Shown: piece by piece, positions 57,301 to 64,000 of the stretch
How the letters are laid out: each line of letters starts with the position of its first letter
How positions within the stretch are numbered: the first letter of the stretch is position 1
DNA from: Balamuthia mandrillaris
Taxonomy: Eukaryota
Assembly: GCA_031835245.2 (NCBI GenBank)
Contig: JAVKOQ020000035.1
Span: 186,001 to 250,000, forward strand
Direction of reading: 5' to 3'
Length of the DNA: 64,000 bases
Made by a program: the position numbers and the translations under genes
Notes under the pieces: generated by a model
The model's database searches: none
Told to the model about the DNA's origin: nothing
What the model saw: only the letters and a program-made list of their open reading frames with translations

Positions 57301-59170
57301 ACTCCTTATCTTATCTCTCTCCTCCTTTGTATATACAGTACGCCCCATCGCGGCGTCGTGAGAAGTTCCAGTTAATGTTGCGAAAGCTTCATCTGCCATT
57401 CCCCCTATCGAACCCGTGGCTGGTGTTGGTACTGCAGAGACAGCAGAAGATGAAGGCGATGAGATATGTGTGCCACTGCCTAGTGCTGCGTTTGGAATGT
57501 TGCTGTTTGAATTGCTCCGTTTACGTTTTCCTTTGCGCGGTTGCTCTGAAGTTAATCCATATCGTGACGTAGTGGTCCCTTCCGCTTCTTCACTACCTCG
57601 GTGGAATGCTTCTGCTGGGGGTGGAGATAGAGGGGGCAAGCCTTTATGTACCCGATATTGTTTGTATTCGTCCTCATCTGCAAAAAGGTTTTTAGGTGCG
57701 CGAAAAACGAAACTTGGGCCAACAAGAGACACGTACCTGCTACAATTGTAGACGACAGGTGCATTTCATCCCATGCCATCAGCTTTTGAAGCTCTCGCTG
57801 AATAGAAGCAAGAAAAACAGCATTGGTTGCGGACAGCTGCACCACCTCCTGCTTCAAAGTTACCAAATCCTCCGTAGGCCAATCTGACATCGGGGCGAGG
57901 CCAAATTGAGTCGGCCGGATGGAAGAGGCTTGGTGAATACGTGAGTAGTGAGACTTGCTTGGTAGATCCACGGGCTTCAACAGCAACACAGGTTCGTGTC
58001 GTTCATAATTCCAAGGAGCCGGCGAAGCGACGTTAGCACCACTATCCTTGGGAGAGTGGCCACTGCCTGCTGAAGACTCTGTCCGATCCAACGTTATTTT
58101 GACTTTGAGATCGGGTTGTGCTTGCTGTTTCTCGATTTCCGTTTCGCCCTCTCCTCTTTCTCTTGTCCGTTCCCGATCCCGGCTTCCTCTGCCCTTTGAC
58201 CGGTCACGTTCTCGTATTTCCCCCCGCTCCTTGCTGTCTCGTTCTTTGTCCCTCTCTCTTTCTCTTCTATCACGTTCTCGGTCCCTACCATCTCGTTCTC
58301 TTTCTCGTTCATTGCTGATTCTTCCACTACGATCTCGGTCTCTGTCCCTGTCCCTGTCCCGCTCTCGAACATCTCGCTCTCGCTCTCGCTCTCGTTCTCG
58401 ATCCCGTTCTCTTTCCCTCTCTCTGTCCCTGCTGCGCTCCCGTTCTCTTTCTCTGTCCCGCTCCCGTTCTCGTTCTCTCTCCCTATGGTCGCGTTCCCTG
58501 TGATCCCTGTCTCTGCTGTTTCTATCTCTGTCTCTATCCCGGCTGTCATGGTCCCTCTCCCTTTCCCTATCTCTGTTGGTTGTTCGTTCACGCTCCCTCT
58601 CTCCTCTATCCCTTTCTCCTCGTTCCCTCACTGGTTGCCCATCTTTGTCTGTTTTTCCTAGCTGCTTTAGCACGCTGTTGGTAACTTTGATGGTGAGTTT
58701 GACGCCATCACCCTCTTCCGGCACGTCCTCCTCTGTCCGTCCTTCGTCTGGCTGGGCTTTCCCGTTATGTGTCGGTGCTTCTTCCTCGTGTCTTTCTCTT
58801 GCACGGGTCGAAGCACTGCTCTTATCTGCAGAGGTGCCAGTGGAGGCAGCACTGGACGGTGGCAACGACGACGAAAGAGGGCTGTAAAGGCGAAACATCG
58901 ACAATAGTCAGTACAAATTATCGATATTCGATAGGGAGAATAAAATATCGAAAGAGTTTTTGGCGATGGAAAAAGGGGGAAAAAGATGGGATCAACGCAC
59001 TTTTTTCTTGGCCGTCCTGGTCCCCTTTTCTTCACCACGGGTGTGTCGGGATCGACTTGTGTCTCTGGCTCAACGGTCGTGCTGGAGGTCCCTCGTGTGG
59101 TTTTGCCGTTCGCTTTGGTGGCGCGAGCTTTGCGGGAATTTTTCGAGGGTCGCCCAGCTCGACTTTTCAT
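54331..59170 (-). CDS. TADA3: SAGA/ATAC HAT subunit ADA3/NGG1 with N-terminal AT-hook and RE/RD tract
   Basis: FWQSMAPYF, IPPLGKHY..W, GDLTSRLLSALIEE, LEDRIRYELRSIGLL and EDDEICAEIRLLQ; KRGPGRPRKK AT-hook. Confidence 0.88.
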
Positions 59171-59658
59171 CGTCTTCCCGATTTACTTTTTTTTTTTTTG
59201 ATTTTGTGAGTGTGAGTAGAGGGAGGAAAAAAAAAAAACAAAACAAACTGCGCACCTTGGGGGGAAAAAAAAAAACAAAGCCAGTTGATCTCCACAGTTG
59301 ATCAGGGGTAGAAAAAAAAAATCTCTTGGCCTATTTCTTTTTTTTTTCTTTTGTTTGGGGGACGAAGAAAAAAAAATTTTTCAAAGTCCTTGTTCCACGC
59401 TCACCCACGGACACGCCCGCTCACTCCCAAGCACGGCACGCCAAAATATGAGCGTAAACCGCCAGCTCCCCCCCCCCAAAACGGACACAAAAAAAAAAAG
59501 GAGACAGAAAACGGTAAAAAAAATATTTGGATATCTGACATGATAATCCAAGATATTTTTGAATAGATGACATATCTGTCAATAAACATCGTACAGATTC
59601 GATATTTTTCCCTGCCATGAGGAATTTTTTTTTTTCTGCGGGGGGAGAGGACAAAGCG

Positions 59659-59703
<45 letters not shown>

Positions 59704-59844
59704 AGAAAAAAAAGAGTTTCTTCTCTCCATTTTCACTCTCTCTTTCTCCTCTCCCTCTCTCGCTCTCTCTCTTCTTCATTCTTCTTGTTCCCTTTCCCTT
59801 TTTTTTTTTTCGTTCTTCTTCTTCTTCTCTCTTCCTCGTGAAAC

Positions 59845-62800
59845 ATGAAGTTTGGCAAGCAGCTGCAGCACCACATGGTGGTACAATGGGAGGACCAATA
59901 CATCAGCTACTCCAAGCTGAAAAAGATCTTGAAGCAGATCAGGGCCATCCTCAACGAGGCCGCCGCCGCGCGCAAGGAGGAACGAACCAGCACCACCGAG
60001 GAGCTCTCCAAGGACCTGCTGCTCGAAGGGGAGGAGGACAACGACGGAACTACAGACGAGCTCCCTCTTCTCTCGGACTTTCGCCCTTCCCCCGCCGACC
60101 TCGACGACGAGGAAGAACAGGAGGTGCTGATGGAGGAAGGAGGGAGAGGAGGCGGGCTGGGTCCCAACTACCTCCCGGCCCACCGACGAGCCAGCAGCAA
60201 GTCCCGCACCTGGAGCTACCTCCGCAGGAAAAGCACGGTCATGGTGGAGTCGGCCACGAAGGGGTTGGAGAACGAGTTCTTTGAGGCCCTCCGCGCGGAC
60301 GTCAAGAAGATCGAGGACTTTTACCTCTCCCAGCTGGCCATCCTGGACGAGAAGCTGGTCAATGCCCAAGCCCAGGCCAAGTACATCATGTTCTTACGAG
60401 TAACTCTCTCCTTTCCTCTTCGTTTTTTTCTCTTCTCTCTCTTTTCTTCTTTCTTCCTCGTTCTGTCTTCTTCTTTGCGTCACGTTTTTTTTGTAGGTGG
60501 ATTTCATTTCATTTAAAACTAGTCTTGTTCCAATGTTCCTATCGTACTATGTATTTCTACTCGAACTTTTCTGATGCGTATTCCAAACAAACGACTACAA
60601 TAACAACAACCATGCTATCCTAAAACTTCAGCAAGAGAGAAAGAATGGAGATAAGACGGTGGAGAGAGGAGCGTTGGTGGTGAAGAAGGCCCTCGTCAAC
60701 ATATACAGACATCTTATGATGCTGTTTAACTATGTTCAGCTCAATCATACTGGCTTCTTTAAGGTACATTCTCTTTCTCTCTCTTTCTCTTTCTCTCTTT
60801 CTCTCTCTCACTCCCCTCTTTCCCCTCTCTTTCAAGTCTGTTCCTCAACACTTTGTTTTCTTATTATTTTTTTTTTGGTTTTCTGCATTTTCGTTTTTTC
60901 TTTGGTTGTCAAATAGATACTCAAAAAACATGATAAAATAACGGGACTCAACATGAAAGACACGTTTATGGACATCGTGGAAAACACTGAGTTTTACAAC
61001 CAACAACGGTTGAAAGAGCTCAGCAAGGAAGCTGAGGTACGTTTCTATTTATTTCGCTCGTTTTCTCCCTTTTCACGCCTTCCCTGTTGTCCTTTCTACA
61101 TCTTCATCTGGTCTGCGCTTCCGCTTGCCTTCTTACATCATCTTCCTTTTTTTTTTCTCGCTTTCATCTTTTTTCTGCTCTAACATGTTCTGATGCGCAG
61201 GAAATGTATGCCCAAGCCTTCACAAACGGAAGCAAAGATAAGGCTAAAGCCATCCTATGGGCACGTCAGCATGACGCTTGGCATTGGAAAACGATGTTGT
61301 TGGGTTTGCTCACTGGCATGATCATTCCGCTCCTCTTTTTTATGGCATTGTTTGCTGCTGGCGGAGACTTTGTGCACCAGGTCTCCTCATCTGATTGGAA
61401 GGAGATTTTGCCCGTTTATAGGCTCTTTTTCATTCCTATATTGGCTGTGTGGCTTTGGGGCATCAACGTTCTTGTTTGGCATAAGAGCAGGATCAATTAC
61501 GTGTATATCTTTGGCTTTAAGCCAGGCCATTCGCTTGACGCCAAACAAATCTTTACTGTATGTACCTCTTCTTGTCTCTCATTTATGCTTAATTCTCACG
61601 GTGGTACTTTGAAAGTTTGCAGCATTTCTTAGCGTGATATGGTTAACCACGTTTGTGCTTTACCTTGGTACGAGCAACGGTAACTTCACGTTTATCCGTG
61701 GCATTCCTGTTCATACTTGGCCGCTGCTGCTCACAATCATCATGAGCAGCATATTTTTTTGCCCGTTCAACATGTTTCACCGGTCAACACGGTGGATCTT
61801 GTTCAAGGTCCCTCCCCTCTTTTCCTCTTCCTCTACACCAAGACGCACCAGCCAAAACTCAACTCTTTGATTTCCTCACAACAGACAATTTTCCATGTCA
61901 TCGCATCTCCGATCGGTCCTCTGCGTTTCTACGATGCATACATTGGAGATGTATTGACGAGTATGGTGAAGACCATCGTAGACTTTCAGTATACTTCATG
62001 TTACTATCTTTCTGGCGACTTTACCCTCAATCCTCCAACTCGATGCAAGATGCCGAACAAGTTTGTTGCTCTCTTCTTCTTGTTCTTCTTGTTCTTGTTC
62101 TTCTTCTTCTTCTTCTTCTTCTTCTTCTTCTTCTTCTTGGATTATTTTGCTTATTTTGTATTTTAACCCAGATATCTTCCACCGTTTCTTGCTTTCATGC
62201 CTTTGTTTTGGCGACTAATGCAATGCTTCAAGCGGTTCGCGCAGACGTGGGACAAGCAACACCTTTTCAATGCCGCCAAATATGGCATCGGCTTTGGTGT
62301 AATCCTTTTCTCATCACTGCATGGAGACTATTCTGGTAACGCTCCAGTCTTTCCTCTCGTTCACTTAGTATCGCTAACCACGTATCTTCTCCTATCTATA
62401 AAGTGTATTCGGACAACTGGAATGCGTCAAGAGTGTTGTGGGCAGTCCTTTTCGTGGTCAGCACGCTCTACACGTTCAGTTGGGATTATTTGATGGATTG
62501 GGGCTTTGGCGAGTGGAAAAACAATCCCCACTTCCCGCTGCGACGCAAGCTCTTCTATCCTACCAAAAAATGGGTCCGTTCGCGTGCTCTCCTTCTCTTC
62601 CTCTCTTCTGTTGTAATAGTGACACTCACTGCATTATTCTCGTTACATTGTTGCAGTTTTATTACTACGTTATCATCACAAATTTCTTCTTCAGGTTCTT
62701 TTGGACGCTTACTATCAGCGGCTTGCCCTTTTACATTATGAACACAACTCTCTTGGGTTGGATTGCAGCTACCGTTGAGATTGTTCGGTATGTGCATGCC

Positions 62801-63401
62801 TTGTTTTTTATCTGTCAATCCTTCTGTTTTTCCTTCACTTTCTTCTTCGTCATCCTTTTATTTTTAATCCCGCTTCTTCTCTTTCTTTTCTCTTTTCCCT
62901 TCCTAATACTTGTTTCGCAATAACAGTCGTTTTCAATGGAGTATGATTCGAGTGGAATACGAACACATGTGCACCACCCGCAACGTGCTGACCTTCCGCG
63001 ATACCGACTTCATTCCTCTTCCCTTTGACGACCAGTCCATCGGCCACCACCACTCCTCCTCCTCCGGCCGCAGCTCCGACGACGAGTTCTCCAGAGAGTT
63101 TGCGCGCAAGGCTCGTCGTCACCCCCTCACCTCGCACTTCTTCTCCTCCAGCAGCAAAGAGGCCTCCCCGAAGAAGGCCGGTCACATGTCTCTGCGGACC
63201 CTATTTTCTTCCCCGTTTGACGCTTCCCGCCGCCGTCGTTCTGGAGAGGTGGACGAAGAGGAAGGAAGCGGGGGCTCGAGCGGAAACTCCTCTTCCTCTT
63301 CGGCTCCTTCTCGTTCGCTGTCGGAGGTCAGCAGCACCAGCGAGGATGAGGAGACGAGCGGCCTGCTTGCTAGGCACCATCACTCTGGCCTTATCAACTG
63401 A
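59845..63401 (+). CDS. XPR1: SPX-EXS phosphate exporter (XPR1/PHO1/SYG1)
   Basis: MKFGKQL..YISYSKLKK, LNHTGFFKILKKHDK, INYVYIF, GDVLTS, WDYLMDWG and WSMIRVEYEH. Confidence 0.95.
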
Positions 63402-63555
63402 CCCTCTCCAATTTTTTTTTTTTGGCTTTTGGCTTTTTTGTTGTTTGCCTTCTTAAAGCTTTGTTGTTATTATTTATTATTCTTTTTTCTTTTTTTTTTC
63501 AAAATAAAAAACAAAAAAATAAACAAATTTTAATATCTATGAATAAACAAAGGAG

Positions 63556-63876
63556 ATGGAGAAGAACGTGAGCAAACGGCAGCAGTTGGACCAACGCGTG
63601 GCTGGCAGTTGGGAGTACATACGGTGGCGAAGGCGTTTGTGGGGGATGGGCCTGCTTACGGCCGGTCTGTTCGGGGGCTACCTCTATCGCGTGCTGCGGC
63701 GGGAGGACCAACCAGTTGCCTCCTCTTCTTCTTTTCCTCCTCTTCCTCCCCCTCCCCCTCCTTCTTCTTCATGGTACGCAGACGTACCAGCCACGCTTCG
63801 AAACTTATGGCGAACCATTACCAGCCACCTTGGTCTGCCTCCAACAGCAAAACAAAAAGACAAAAAACAAGACTGA
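63556..63876 (+). CDS. Small single-TM hypothetical protein
   Basis: ATG-initiated 106-aa ORF with one hydrophobic helix and a Pro-rich linker. Confidence 0.5.
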   Translation: MEKNVSKRQQLDQRVAGSWEYIRWRRRLWGMGLLTAGLFGGYLYRVLRREDQPVASSSSFPPLPPPPPPSSSWYADVPATLRNLWRTITSHLGLPPTAKQKDKKQD

Positions 63877-64000
63877 ATAATCTGTTTTGTTCGATGGTCT
63901 GCCGCTTTCTTCTGATCGACGACACAAACCCAATGTAATGTACAGCATCACTGGCTCCGGTCTCTTCTCTCTCTCCCTCTCCCTCTTAAGCGTTCTTCAA

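Overview
Gene-dense eukaryotic genomic DNA with short GT-AG introns full of (GA)n/(GAA)n/(CAA)n microsatellites. Gene content and architecture fit a free-living amoebozoan (Acanthamoeba/Balamuthia-like; inference). About 27 protein genes and one tRNA-Ser(UGA) are supported. They include SERINC, a nucleoside hydrolase, ETFB, an NBR1-like receptor, two paralogous intronless LRR genes, a Frizzled-like GPCR, NOA1/YqeH, NUFIP1, a GNAT, TFIIS, MORN-FYVE, TRAP-beta, DusA, a TTL-like ligase, a RhoGAP-EDR1-kinase, VPS71/ZNHIT1, BOD1/Shg1, a CBS protein, ADA3 and SPX-EXS. Highlights: (1) a 5'-truncated Fanzor/TnpB remnant at ~39.2-39.6 kb whose 3' end overlaps a multi-hairpin omegaRNA-like segment, flanked by a degenerate duplicate of the DusA promoter/start; (2) a ~440-nt rod-like foldback at 48.4-48.8 kb; (3) an in-frame spliced TTL-eEF1B-GEF fusion; (4) two LRR + BC-box + Zn-finger paralogs with variable repeat faces, one frameshifted; (5) a U12-type AT-AC intron in SERINC; (6) a recurrent TGTCGACA promoter motif. 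Exon boundaries were read by eye and are approximate unless stated.
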